Positions 51,715 through 64,000 of a stretch of 64,000 nucleotides of DNA are shown in pieces. Position numbers and translations under genes: made by a program. The stretch comes from Felis catus (lineage: Eukaryota): contig NC_058368.1 in assembly GCF_018350175.1 (NCBI RefSeq), positions 118,794,001-118,858,000 of the forward strand, given 5' to 3'. Every line of letters starts with the position of its first letter. The stretch's first letter is position 1. Under the pieces are notes generated by a model. It did not search any database and was not told where the DNA came from. It saw nothing but the letters and a program-made list of their open reading frames with translations.

Positions 51715-51934
51715 GGGGCTCCTGGCTGGCTCAGCCAGTTAGGCATCTGACTTTCGGCTCAGGTCACGATCTCATGGTTCACAGGTTTGAGCCCCTCGTC
51801 GGGCTCTGTGCTGACGGCTCTGAGCCTGGAGCCTGCTTCGGATTCTGTGTTTTCCTCTCTGTCTGCCCCTCCCTCGCCCACACGCTGTCTCTCTTTCTCT
51901 CAAAAATAAATACACATTTTTTAAAAAAAAAAAA
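51715..51934 (+). mobile_element. CanSINE
   Basis: ggggctcctggctggctcag head; imperfect TSD aaagat(g/a)gaa(t/a)gctg. Confidence 0.93.
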
Positions 51935-52455
51935 GATAGAAAGCTGAAAACATTCCGAGTGAATTTTAGGGTTCTGGCTACTTGGCCCTTTCTTGGCGCT
52001 CATTGTAGTTAGAGTTTTACCTCTCCCCTGAAGTCAGCAGTTCTTTTCCAGACAATGGAGCATTCTTGGTAATATTAATTACTATTCTTGAAACAGATTT
52101 CTTCCCAACTACCCATAACTGACAGAGGAAATCAAGAGCCCTTTTAGGATCATATTTATTGCAGTGCCTTTTCCCATGTTGCAGACACAGAACCAAATCT
52201 CTTACACAATACCTCACTGTGTCAGGAAATCTACTATATTCTGGAAACATTTAATTCAAGGTAAAAATAATGTTGAGATTTTCTTCCTGTGGTGCTGAAG
52301 GCCCAAAGGGACTTTGTCTCCAGCAAAGAGTACTTGAGAAAAATGTTTTCTCAGCTCTTTACTTAAATATATATTTTTTGATGAATTCTTGGGACACATC
52401 GATCCTAAAGGAGATTTCAATAGATCCAATCTTTCAACTGAATCCCTGGCAGCTT

Positions 52456-52480
52456 TGTTTTGTTGTTGTTGTTTTTCTTT

Positions 52481-52518
<38 letters not shown>

Positions 52519-52691
52519 CGAGAGAGAGCATGAGCAAGGGAGAGGAGCAGAGAGAGGGAGACACAGAATCCAAACCAGGCTCCATTGTCAGCACAGAGAC
52601 TGATGTGAGGCTCGATCCCATGACCCTGAGATCATGACCTGAGCTGAAGTCAGGAGTCAGACACTTAACTGACTGAGCCACCCAGGCACCC
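52456..52691 (-). mobile_element. CanSINE with expanded (GA)n tract
   Basis: Antisense CanSINE; imperfect TSD tggc..ctttgtttt. Confidence 0.93.
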
Positions 52692-52904
52692 TGTGGCCAC
52701 TTTGTTTTTGATAGGCGATGTCATATCACCTTTCTCATTCAGTTTGTGATGTCTCAGTCAGTGTATCTTTGACTCGTGGCCACAAGAAAGTGTGTAATTT
52801 GCAGTCTAACGTATTTAACTAGGATACAGCCAAACTGTTCATGGCCCTCAGGTCACAAAGATTGTGCCTTGGTTAATCACATGGATTGCTCTGTTCTGAC
52901 ATTC

Positions 52905-53620
52905 TGTATTTTTAAAAATTGAGATATAATTCAACCTTTCAAAGTGTGTAATTCAGTGGTTTATAGTATAGTCACAAAATTGTGCAGCCATTACCACTGT
53001 CTAATTCCAGAACATATTCATCACCTGAAAAAAAGAGACTTTGTACCCATTAACACTCACTTCCCCATTCCCCCCTTCCCTCAGCCCCTGGCAACCACTA
53101 ATCTACTTTTTGTCTCTATGGATTTATCTATTTCAGACATCTCTTATAAATACAGTCACGTAATATGTCATCTGTTGTGACTGGCTTCCTTCACTTAGCA
53201 TAATATTTTCAAGATTCATTCATGTTGTAGCATGTCATAGTACCTCCTTCCTTTTTGTAGGTGAATAATATTCCATTGTATGGATGTACCACATTTTATT
53301 ATCCAATCATCGGTTGATGGACATTTGGGTTTTGTCTACCTTTTGGCTATTGTGAATACTGCAGCTATGAACATTCATGGACCAGTTTTTGTGTAACTGT
53401 ATTTTTTCTCTTCTCTTGGCTATATGCCCAGGAGTGGTATTGCAGGGACATATGGTAATTCTGTGTTTAACTTGTTTTAACACTGTGTAAAACTCAACTG
53501 TTTTACACAGTGACTGCACCATTTCACATCCCCACCAGCAATGTATGGGCATACCAGTTACTCCACACCCTTGCCAAAGCTCTTTATTGTCTTTTTTATT
53601 TTAACAATCCTACTGGATGC
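52905..53620 (-). mobile_element. L1MB-type 3' end
   Basis: tccctcagcccctggcaaccactaatctactttttgtctctatggattt...acatcccaccagcaatgtatg. Confidence 0.88.
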
Positions 53621-55418
53621 TGATATACTGTATTTGGCTGGTGGAAAAGGACAGCCCCCATATTTTTGCTCTTTCAGGATTAGAGGCCCATTCAACACAA
53701 ATTGAGTGTTTCAGTCTAAATCTTTGTTTTATCTTTGACCTCCTGAAGGCTGCAATTAGAGTAATTCTACTGTTGTATTTATTTATAGGTTAATCTTTGA
53801 GAATTCTTAATTATGGCTTGAGCTTTTGCCAGCTCTCAGTGGATTTTATTGAAAGTTCCAGCTATAGCTGTAAAAGCTCATTATTTATGTAGAATTTAAA
53901 AATTCTCTTTAATTCCTTGATTATATCCCCCTGCCCCAGATTGTGTTTAATGCCCCAGACTCCTGAATAATGTTACTGAAAAACCTGCTAACCACAGATT
54001 TTCAAAGGCTTTCCTAAACTCATGCTGTGGTGGAGGTCTCTGCTTTACTTTGTGAGCCAGAAAAACAGGAATATTTTTCTACGTTCTTGACAAAATTTTA
54101 AGCGTACATGTAGCCTTGTTAACTAGGCACAATGCTGTTCAGCAGATGTCTAGAAAATACTCGTCTTGCATAGTTGAAAATGTATGGCTGTTGAGTAGCA
54201 AGTCCCATTTCCCCCTTCCCCCAACCCATGGCAGCCACCATTCCTCTCTCTTACTCTATAACTATTTGAGATATGTAAGTGGAATCATGCAATATTGGTG
54301 CTTCAATGATTGGCTTATTTCCTTGAGTCTAATATTCTCCAGGTTCACCTATATTATTACATATTGCAGAATTTCCTCCTTTTTAAAGACTGAATAATAT
54401 TCTGTTTTATGTATGTACCACATTTTCTTTACCCATTCATGTCCTCATGGACACACTGGTTGTTTCCACACAGGCTATCGTGAGTTGTGCTGCTCTGAAC
54501 ATAGGAGTAAAGATACCTCTTCAAGATTCTTATTTCAATTCTTTTGAAAATATATCCAGTAGTGGGGTTGCTGGTTCATAGGGTATTTCTATTTTTAATT
54601 TTTTGAGGAATCTCCATAATGTTTTTTACAGCAACTGTCCCATTTTGCATTCCTTCCAGCAGCATTCAAGGATTCCAACTTCTCAACATCCTCCCCAACA
54701 TCTGCGGTCTTTTGACTTTTTGACAATAGCCACCCTGACAGGTATAATAGAATATCTAATTATGGGTTTTATTGTCGTTTCCCTCATTACTGAAGCTAAG
54801 CATCTTTTCATATTCTTGTTGGCCGTTTATCTATCTTCTTTGGAGAAATTCAAGTTGTTAGCCTTTTTTTAAAAAACTATTTAGTTATAGGGTTTTTTTT
54901 ATGTATTTCAGAAATTAACCCCTTCTGAGATAAATGGCTTACAAATATTTTCTCCCATTCCGTAGGTTGCCTTTTCACTCTGTTGATTGTTTCTTTTGCT
55001 GTGCAGAAGCTTTTTAGTTAGACATAGTCACGCTTGAATATTTTTTGCTTTTATTGTGTGTGCTTTTGGTATCATATCCATCAAAGAGTTGCCAAGACAA
55101 TTATCATGAAGATTTCCCCTAAGTTTTCTTCTAGGAGTTTTACAGTTTGGGGTCTGTTGAAACATCTAATCCATTTTGAGTTGATTTCTGTATAAGGTAT
55201 GAGATAAAAATACAATTGCATTCTTTTGCATGTGGATATCCAACTTTCCCAGTACATTTGTTGAAGAAAAACCATCCTTTATCTGATGTATTTTCTTGGC
55301 CCTCTTGTTTAAGATTAGTTGACCATGCATGTATGCATGGTTTTATTTCTGGGCTCCTTATTCTGTATGTCTGTCTTTATGCCATTGCTATATTATATTA
55401 ATAACTATCTTTGTAATT

Positions 55419-57960
55419 CAAGAATACCTCATTTTGTTGTGCTTTGAAGTTAGGGTGTTTTGTTTGTTTGTGTTTTACAAATTGAAGGTTTGGTGAAACT
55501 GTTGAGCAAGTCTATTAATGCCGTTTTTCTAAAGGCATTTTGCTCAGTTCATGTTTTTCTGTCACATTTTGTAATTCTTACAGTATTTCAAACCTCATTA
55601 TATTTCTTTTTTTGTAATTAAAAATTTTTTTATGTTTATTTTTGAGACACAGAGAGACAGAGCATGAGCAAGAGAGAGAGGGAGAGAGACGCAGAATCTG
55701 AAGCAGACTCCAGGCTCTGAGCTGTCAGCACAGAGCCCGACGTGGGGCTTGAACCCAGAAACGGTGAGATCATGACCTGAGCCGAAGTTGGACACTCAAC
55801 CGACTGAGCCACACAGGCGCTCCAAACTTTTTCATTATTTTTCTTAGGATCTATGATCTTTAATATTATTATTGTAATTGTTTTGGGGCACCATCAACCA
55901 TACAAGATGCTTGTATAAGATTAGCAAACTTAATTGATTAACGGCTTGCATGTCCTAACGGTTCTCCTTCCAACCATTACCCATCTCTCTCCCTCTCCTC
56001 CGGCCTCCCTCTTCTTGACACACAACAATATTGAAATTAGGCCAATGAATAATACTCTGGCGGCCTCTAAGTATTCAAGTGAAAGGAAAAGTTACACATC
56101 TCTCACTTTAGATCAAAAGCTAGAAATGATTAAGCTTAGAAAGACATGTGAAAAGCTGAGATAGCCTGAAAGCCAGGCCTGTTGTGCCAAACAGCCAAGG
56201 AATGCAAAGGAAAAGTTCTCGAAGGAAATGAAAGTGCTCCTGCAGTGAACACAAGAATGATAAGGAATTGAAACAGCTTTATTGTTGATATGGAGAAAAA
56301 TAAAGTGGTCTGGAGAGATCAAATCAGTCACAACATTCCCTTAAGCCAAAGCCTAATCCAGAGCAAGGCCCTAACTCTCCTCAATTCCATGAAGGCTGAG
56401 AGATGTAAGGAGGCTGCAGAAGAAAAGTCTGAAGCTAGCAGATGTTGGTTCATCAGGTTTAAGGAACGAAACCAGCTCCGTAACAGGAAAGTGCAAGGTT
56501 GAAGCAGCAGGTGCTGATGGAGAACCTGTAGCAAGTTTCTGGAAGATCCAGCTGAGGAAATTAATGAAGGTGGCTACACCAAACAGCAGATTTTCAGTGT
56601 AGATGAAACAGCCTTCTAGTGAAATAAGATGCCGTCTATGACTTTTATAACTAGAGAGGACAGGTGTGCCTTCAAAGCATCAAGCTGACTTTCTTGGTAG
56701 GAGCTAATGCAGCTGGTGACTTTAGGTTGAAGCCAATGTTCCTTCACCATTCTGAAAATCCCAGTAATGTTAAGAATGATAGGAAAGCTACTCTGCCTGT
56801 GGTCTGTATACCAATAACATCATATCTGGTTACAATGTGGTTTACTGAATATTTTAAGCCCACTGTTGAAACCTGCTCAGAAAAAAAGATTGCTTTCAAA
56901 ATATTACCGCTCATTGACAGTGCACCTGGTCACCCAAGAGCTCTGAGGAAGATATACAATGAGATTAATGTTGTTTTCAACATTAACACAATACCCATTC
57001 TATAGCCCATGAACTAAGGAGTCATTTTGACTTTGAAGTCCTGTTATTGAAGAAAGACATTCCATAAGCCTATTTAGCTGCAATCAATAGTGATATTTTG
57101 GGTAGATCTAGGCAAAGTAAATGGAAAACCTGCTGGAAAGGATTCAATATTCTATAAGCCATGGAGAACTTTCATGATTCATGGGAAGAGATCAAAATAT
57201 CAACATTCACAGGAGTTTGGAATAAGTTGATTCCAACCCTCATAGATGACTTGGAGAGGTTCCAGACTTCATTGGAGGAAGTAACTGCAGATTTGGTCGA
57301 AATAGCAGGAGAACTAGAATGATGTGACTGATGAGCTGCTCTCTCATGATAGAACTTTAACAGATAAGAACTTGCTTCTTATGGATGAGCAGAGAAAGTG
57401 GCTTCTTTAGGTGGAATCTCCTCCTGGTGAAGATGCTGTGAAATGTTGAAATGGCACCAAAGGCTTTGGAATATTCCGTGAACTTAGTTGGTAAAGCAGT
57501 GGCAGGGTTTGAGAGGATTGCCTGCAATTTTGGAAGTGGGTAGAATGCTATCAAATGATATTGCATGCTACAGAGAAATCATTTGTGAAAAGAAGAGTCC
57601 GTTGATGTAGCAGACCTACTGTTTTAATTTAAGGTGTTGCCACAGCCACTCCAGTCTTCAGCAGCTGCCACGATGGTTAGTCAGCAACCATCGTTGTAGA
57701 GATAAGACCCCCACCAGCAAAAAGATATGACTCGCTGATAGCTCTGATAATGGTTGGCATTTTTTGGCAATAATGTATTTTTACAGTGTGTGCACTATAT
57801 TTTTAGCTATAATGCCATTGCACATTTAGTAGACTACAGTATAAACATAACTTTATATGCACTGGGAAACCAAAAAACTAATTTGACTTGCTTTATTGCA
57901 GCGGTCTGGAACTGAATCCATATTTTTTTTTGAATCAACAATATCTTTAAGGTATGCCTG
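55419..57960 (+). mobile_element. Essentially full-length degenerate Tigger1 (TcMar-Tigger/pogo) DNA transposon with a pseudogenised transposase
   Basis: TIRs CAAGAATACCTC (degenerate CAGGCATACCTC) and AGGTATGCCTG|TA. Transposase fragments ERKSYTSLTLDQKLEMIKL (CENP-B-like HTH), [10 protein letters not shown]...[32 protein letters not shown] and LIDSAPGHP (DDE domain), with stops and frameshifts. Confidence 0.93.
55605..55823 (-). mobile_element. CanSINE nested inside Tigger1
   Basis: Antisense CanSINE; flanks caaac..tcatta repeated. Confidence 0.92.
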
Positions 57961-58127
57961 TATATTTTAAAATCAGGAAGTATGATGCCTCAGCTTTGTT
58001 CTTTGTTTAGATTGTTTGGGCTGTTTGGGGTCATTTATGTTTCCCTGTGAATTTTAGAATTGTTTTCTCTTCCTCCCTCCCTCCCTTCCTTCCTTGGCTC
58101 AATATCCCCAGTGAACATATTAAAGAA

Positions 58128-58556
58128 AAATTTTTTTAACATTTATTCATTTTTGAGAGACAGAGACAGAGCACCAGCCAGGGATGGGCAGAGAGAGAGA
58201 GGGAGGCATAGAATCTGAAGCAGGCTCCAGGCCCTGAGGTGTCAGCACAAAACCCCATGTGGGGCTCGAACTCATGAACTGCAAGATCATGACCTGAGCT
58301 GAAGTCAGACACTCAACTGACTGAACCACCCAGGTGCCCGTATTTCTCCCTCTCCTTTTTTTTTTAAGTTTATTTTTGAGAGAGAGACAGGGCATGAGAG
58401 CAGGGAGGGGCAGAGAGAGAGAGGGAGGCAGAGGATCTGAAGTAGGCTCTGTGTTGAAAGCAGAGAGCCCAACATGGGGTTCACACTCACAAACTGTTAA
58501 GATAATGACCTGAGCTGAAGTCAGATGCTTAACTGAGCGAGCCACACAGGTGCTCC
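58128..58556 (-). mobile_element. Two tandem antisense CanSINEs (58128-58339, 58356-58556)
   Basis: Two complete head/CT-tract/tail units within L1 sequence. Confidence 0.92.
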
Positions 58557-59415
58557 TGTTTTTTTCTCTATTTCTATAAAGAAAAATTGCCATTGGCATT
58601 TTGATAGGGATTCCTTTGATCCGTAGAGCATTTTGGGTTGGTATAGGCATTTTAACAGTATTTAGTCTTCTAATCCAGCAGTCCGTTTTTCTTTTTTTTT
58701 TTTTCCAATTTCTTTGTAGTTTCCAGCATACAAATTTTTCACCTCCATAGTTAAGTTGATTCCTAAGTATTTTATTATTTTTGCTACAATTTTAAATGGG
58801 ATTATTAACCTAATTTCCTTTTCAGATTGTATGTTGTTAGGGAGTAGAAATGCAGTTGATTTTTGTATATTGATTTTGTGTCCTGCAACCTTACTGAATT
58901 TGCTTAGTCTGACAGGTTTTTTTTTTGGTGGTGGAATCTTTAGGGTTTTCTATATACAAGATCATATCATTTGCAAATAATGGTAGTTTCACTTCCTTTT
59001 CAATTTGGATGGCTTTTATTTATTTTTCTTGCCTACTTGCTCTGGCTAGAACTTGTAATACTATAGTCCAATAGTAGGACTAGAAGTGACTAAAGTGAGT
59101 GTCCTTGACTTGTTCCTGATTTTAAAGGAAAAACTTTCAGTTTTTTCATCATTGAGTATGATGTTAGTTGTGGGATTTTTATATATGGACTTCATTATGT
59201 TAGAGTAACTTCCTTCTATTCCTAGCTTGTTGAGTGTTTTATCATGAAAGAGTGTTGAATTTTTGTCAAATGCACTTGTGGATAAGACTGTGTGATTTTT
59301 TTTTTTTTTTATTCTGTTAATGTGGTATATTGCATTGGTTTTCATGTGGTTGAACCATCCTTGCATTCCAGGGATAAATCTACTTGGTCATAATGTATGA
59401 TCCTTTTAGTGACCT

Positions 59416-59623
59416 ATTAATTTTTTAAATATTTATTTATTTTTGAGAGAGAGACAGAGTGAGTGGGTAGGGGCAGAGAGAGCAGGAGATATAGAATCAA
59501 AAGCAGGCTCCAGGCTCTGAGCTGTCAGCATAGAGCCCAACGTGGGTCTCAAACTCACAGACCTCGAGATCATGACCTGAGCTGAAGTTGGACGCTTAAC
59601 TGACTGAAACACCCCAGTGCCCC
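59416..59623 (-). mobile_element. CanSINE
   Basis: Antisense copy; flanking repeat TTAGTGAC. Confidence 0.92.
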
Positions 59624-59933
59624 TTAGTGACGTTTTGAATTTGATTTGCTAGTATTTTGTTGAGGATTTTTGCATTTGTATGCATCAAGGATATTGGCCT
59701 GTAGTTTTTGTGTTCTGTTTCCCTTTCCTTGTGGTGTCTTTGGCTTTGATATCATCGTCCTGATGGCCTTATAAAATGAGTTTGGAATTATTTCCTATCC
59801 TTCATTTATTTATTTTTTAAAGTTTGAGAAGGATGGACTTCAGTTGTTCTTAATGCTTTTAGTTCTTCTTAAATTCTTCTTAAACGATTGATAGACTTTA
59901 TATTTGAAGCCATCTGGTCCTGGGCTTTTCTTT

Positions 59934-60162
59934 TTTTTTTTTATTTTGAAAAATTTTTTTTCAACGTTTATTTATTTTTGGGACAGAGAGACAGAGCATG
60001 AACGGGGGAGGGGCAGAGAGAGAGGGAGACACAGAATCAGAAACAGGCTCCAGGCTCTGAGCCATCAGCCCAGAGCCTGACGCGGGGCTCGAACTCACGG
60101 ACCGCGAGATCGTGACCTGGCTGAAGTCGGACACTTAACCGACTGCGCCACCCAGGCGCCCC
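59934..60162 (-). mobile_element. Young SINEC_Fc-type CanSINE
   Basis: Many intact CpGs, long tail, and exact TSD TGGTCCTGGGCTTTTCTTT (59915-59933, 60164-60182). Confidence 0.95.
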
Positions 60163-61273
60163 ATGGTCCTGGGCTTTTCTTTGTCAGGAGGTTTTTGTTT
60201 GCTGATTTAGTCTCCAAACTAATTATAGTTCTGTTCAGATTTTCTATATCTTTATGATTTGGTTTTGGTAAGCTTCCAGGAATGTATCCATTTTTTTAGG
60301 TTGTCCAGTTTGATGGTTTATAATTGTTCAAAGTAATCTCAGATATTTTTAATATCTGTGACATGATTTGTCACGTCTTTTATTTCCGATTTTGAGTGTT
60401 CTCTTTTTTCTTAGCCTAGCTGAAGATTTGTCATTTTTGTTTATGTTAAAAAAATGAGTCTATGGATTTCTTACAAGGGAATTTTTCCATGAATTATTAG
60501 TGTTTGTGGAGGTATGGAGGAGGATCCAGAGCTTTCTCTTCTGCCATCTTGCTGACTTCATAAAAATAGTAATTTTTCTTTATTACTACAAAAATTTATA
60601 TAGCCCTTTAACAGTTCACAAAAACTCTTTCATAAGGTGTTATCACATTATGGTGTTTACATTACCCCTGTGAAAAACAGATATTGTTAATTTTGTATAT
60701 CTGGAAAGTATATGCCAAAAGATTAACAATTACCCAAGGTAATACAGCTAACGAGTAGCTCATTTAGGCTTTATGATTTCACTTATTGATTTTTTTTTCC
60801 TTTCACAATACTCTGTTTTAAATATAGCACGATGTTTTAACAAAAACAAATGATACTTATGATGTTCTTAACAGTTGTTTTTCCTACTGCTTTAGTGATA
60901 AGAAAAAAAAAGCATTTTATTGAATAAGAAGTTCTCAACAACGACTGCATTTACAAGTCTCTGACCCACCAAAGCATGCTTAGAGTGGAGCTAAGACCCT
61001 GGAGAATCAGAGCCAAATCAAGACATGGTACCTGTCCTTGAGGATATCTCAATTTAGGGAGTGTGAACAAGTGAACAGATTGTAACAACATGTGCTGAAT
61101 GCTGTAAAGGAGGTGTGTGCTGAGGGAACAGGCTGCGAAGTCTTCCTAAGATGATATTTTATAGAAGAACTGAGGAGAGAGGGCAGTTCAGGCAGAGGGA
61201 ATTCTGTGAGGCAGATAGTACAGAGGCTTAGAGGAGATAGCAAGTAGAAATTTCAAGTGGTCTAGGTGATCTG

Positions 61274-61474
61274 ATTTTTTTTAATGTTTATTTATTTATT
61301 TTGAGAGAGGGAGGGGGGTGGGGAGGAGTAGGGGGAGAGGGAGACAGAGAATCCCAAGCAGGCTCCATGCTCAACATTCAGTCCAATGTGGGGCTTGATC
61401 CCATGATCCTATGATCATGACCTGATCTGAAATCAAGAGGCGGACGCTTAGCTGACTGAGCCACCCAGGAGCCT
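61274..61474 (-). mobile_element. CanSINE
   Basis: Antisense copy with a G-rich variant of the CT tract. Confidence 0.88.
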
Positions 61475-61614
61475 GTGGATGATGTGATGTTTCCGTGTGT
61501 TTCTATATATTTGGTTAAAAGTTTGTGTTGGAGAGAAAGAACAGAAAGTGGGCCTAAAGCAGAAGTTATGACTAATCTGAGAAGGGCCTTGCTTGACTTT
61601 GGGGTATTTTTTGC

Positions 61615-61740
61615 TTTTGTTACTGTTTAAGTTTTAATTTAAATTCCAATTAGTTAACATATAGTGTAATATTAGTTTCAGGAGTAGAATTCAGTGATTC
61701 ATCACTTACATACAACACCCGGTGCTCATTACAACAAGTT
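61615..61740 (-). mobile_element. Very short carnivore L1 3' end
   Basis: ttccaattagttaacatatagtgtaatattagtttcaggagtagaattcagtgattcatcacttacatacaacacccggtgctcattacaacaagt. Confidence 0.75.
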
Positions 61741-61948
61741 TAAAATTTATTCTATGGGGAAGCATCAGAAGCTTTTCAATGGGAGGCCTATGTGGCCAGA
61801 TTTGGTTTAGGAAGATTATGTGGAAAGCAATGTGGAGGCTGGTTTGCAGTGCAGCGATACAGGGAGATCCATTAGAAGATTTTTGCTGTAATTCATATGA
61901 GGCGTAATTAGGGCCTGGATAGCAGTGTCACTGAGACTTAAAAAAAGG

Positions 61949-62156
61949 GTTTTTTTAAATGTCTGTTTATTTTTGAGAGAGAATGAGACAGAACACAAGC
62001 ATGGGAGGGAGAGAGTGAGGGAGACACAATCCGAAGAAGGCTCCAGGCTTCGAGCTGTCAGCACAGAGCCCTGCCGGGGACTTGAACTCATGGACCGCAA
62101 GATCATGACCTGGGCTGAAATTGGAGGCTTAACTGACTGAGCCACCTGAGCGCCCC
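61949..62156 (-). mobile_element. CanSINE
   Basis: Antisense copy ending ccacctgagcgcccc. Confidence 0.92.
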
Positions 62157-62369
62157 TAAAACAGGACTTTTGGAAAGGACTTCAAACCAGGTGTTTTAGT
62201 TAAAGAGAATATACATATGTTAGTGATGGTCATAGTTTCTAATCTGAGAACATTTGTATGAACTCTTTTCCAGTGCCTAATGTTGTTTAAGAAATAATTT
62301 AAGTCTGTGTTTTATTTCCAGGGGCAGTTACATCTGTTTCTATAAGTTAAAGTTTTTTTTTCTTGTTTT

Positions 62370-63760
62370 TAAACTTTATGTTTATTGAGGCATCATTTAT
62401 GTACAGTAAAATTCACCCTAGTTAGCGTACAGGTGAGAGTTTTGACAGACTCACACCGTGATGTAAGTGTATGTCAGTGCCATATCCATCAAGGTATCAC
62501 TCCATTAAGTTCTCCCCTTTGTTGTGTGGTCATTTCCCTCTTCTTCCCAGCGCCTGGCAACCACTAATCTGATTTCTGTTGCTGTGGATTTGCCTTTACA
62601 GAATGCCCTATAAATGCAGTCATACTGTATGAAGTCTTTTGTGTTTGGTTTCTTTCCGTGCTTTTGAGATTCATCCAAGCTAGTGTATTTACTAATCGTT
62701 CATTCATTTTTATTGCTGAGCAGTAAGCCATTGTATGACTTAACATGATTTATTTTTTCATTTATTGATGGACTTTTTTTTATTGTGTCTAGTTTTTGAT
62801 TTAACAGGTAAAGCTGCTATGAATGTTAATGTACAGATGAACGTATCTTTGGACATATACTTCTTTTCTTTGGGGTAAGTAGCTAGAAGTTGAATGTGTA
62901 GGTCATATGGTAGGTATATATTTAAATTTTTAAGAAACTACTGTACTATTTTCCTTACTGTTTGTACTATTGTACATTCTCATCAGCAGTGTACGAGAGT
63001 TCTAGTTCCTCCACATCCTCACCAACATTTGGTACAGTAAGTCTTTTTAATTTTAATATTCTACTAGGTGTGTAAATTGTGGTTTATTTTATATTTCCGT
63101 AATACATATTGATAATCTTTTTATATGCCTATTTTCCATCTTTTTTTTGGTGAAGCATTTATTCAAATATTTGGCATTTAAAAAATGCCTATTGTTGAGG
63201 TTTGAAGAGCTCTTTACATATATAAAAAAATCGGTCTCTGTGTAAATGTGGGTTTATTTGACTGTCTAGTCTGTTCCAGTGGACTGTTTGTTTCTTTTTA
63301 TGCCAGTACCATGCTGTTGTGATGACTATAGTTTTATAATAATTTTTGGAATCAGATGCATTTAGTCCTCTTTGGTTTTTTTTTTTAATTCATAGATTTT
63401 TTTTTTTATTATTCTAGGTCCTTTTTATTTATACATGATCTTAGAATGTGCTTGTAAATATCTGCAGAAACCTACTGGGATTTTTATTGTGGTCACATTG
63501 AATCAGTGGGTCAATGAGAATTGATATCTTAAGGATATTAAGTCTTTTATCACACAGATAAATCTCTATATGTTTTTAAGTATTAACTTTATCAGCAACA
63601 TTTTGTAGATTTCAGTGTATAGGTTTTTCGCATACTTTGGTTTGTCTCTTAAGTATTTAATTAATTGTTTGGATCTATTGGAAATGGTATCTTAAAAAAC
63701 TATCAGTTTCTAATTGTTTGTTGCTGGTACCTAGAAATAAAATTAATTTTTGTATAGGGG
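62370..63760 (-). mobile_element. Old L1M (MC/MD/ME) fragment
   Basis: cctggcaaccactaatctgatttctg...cattctcatcagcagtgtacgagagttctagttcctccacatcctcaccaacatttggt. Confidence 0.8.
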
Positions 63761-63770
63761 TCTGGTATCC

Positions 63771-63990
63771 CAGGCATCAGAAAACTTTTTCTGTGAAGGA
63801 CTAGGTAGCAAATATTTTAGGCTTTGCAGGCCATATGTCTCTGTCACAAGTACTCACCTCTGCCATTGCAGTATGACAGCAACATAGTTCGCCTATAAAA
63901 ATGGGTAAGTGTATGTATTTCAAAACATTTTATTTACAAAAACAGGCAGTGGACTGGGTTTGGCCGTAAGTCGTGATTTGCTGACCCCTG
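63771..63990 (-). mobile_element. MER58A-like hAT MITE
   Basis: aaactttttctgtgaaggactaggtagcaaatattttaggctttgcaggccatatg...tttgctgacccctg. Confidence 0.85.
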
Positions 63991-64000
63991 TTGTATTCTG

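Larger units (their letters stand above)
54095..60450 (-). mobile_element. Antisense L1MA-type LINE (3'UTR and ORF2 remnants), interrupted by Tigger1 and several CanSINEs
   Basis: Minus-strand ORF2-like fragments [26 protein letters not shown] and IPIKMPMAIF. L1 sequence is colinear across the Tigger1 insert (ctttgtaat | tattttaaaatcaggaagtatgatgcc). Confidence 0.88.

Noticed and set aside
55934..57005. Possible domesticated TIGD1/CENP-B-like gene
   Set aside because: The transposase is broken into several frames with stops and sits within TIRs; it is a fossil Tigger1.
58147..58650. SINE-derived ORFs (MAQSVK..., also at 531, 39811, 52256, 61816)
   Set aside because: Translations of CanSINE consensus sequence, not genes.
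24100..64000. NR3C1 3' exons expected on the minus strand by human synteny
   Set aside because: No glucocorticoid-receptor ligand-binding-domain peptide is seen in the ORF track or sequence; the gene is probably beyond the window.
1..64000. CRISPR arrays, operons or other prokaryotic-type systems
   Set aside because: The sequence is mammalian; the recurring repeats are SINEs and microsatellites, not spacer-separated direct repeats.

Overview
Mammalian genomic DNA, almost certainly felid/feliform (about 21 tRNA-derived CanSINEs, many of SINEC_Fc type). Bases 1 to ~24.1 kb hold the 3' end of ARHGAP26 (GRAF1, Rho GTPase-activating protein 26) on the + strand: an alternatively spliced Ser/Pro-rich plus hydrophobic exon (3702-3977), two SH3-domain exons (9681-9772, 18188-18276) and a ~5.8 kb 3'UTR with several poly(A) signals. 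The remaining ~40 kb is intergenic and increasingly repeat-dense (MIR, L2, MaLR/ERVL LTRs, hAT MITEs, Tigger2a, old L1s, and a full-length degenerate Tigger1 nested in an L1). By human synteny NR3C1 should lie beyond the right edge; I found no NR3C1 exon here. I see no new multi-gene system. The most notable observations are: (i) the GRAF1a hydrophobic segment is built like a 135-nt in-frame retained intron followed by a 30-nt exon; (ii) a ~237-bp inverted copy of a neighbouring Tigger2a sits in an LTR, flanked by a 12-bp direct repeat; (iii) a sense intronic MER53 hairpin carries a miR-1302-like arm; (iv) a miRNA-seed cluster lies just after an alternative AATAAA. Repeat family names and human protein comparisons are from memory of consensus sequences, and repeat boundaries are approximate.
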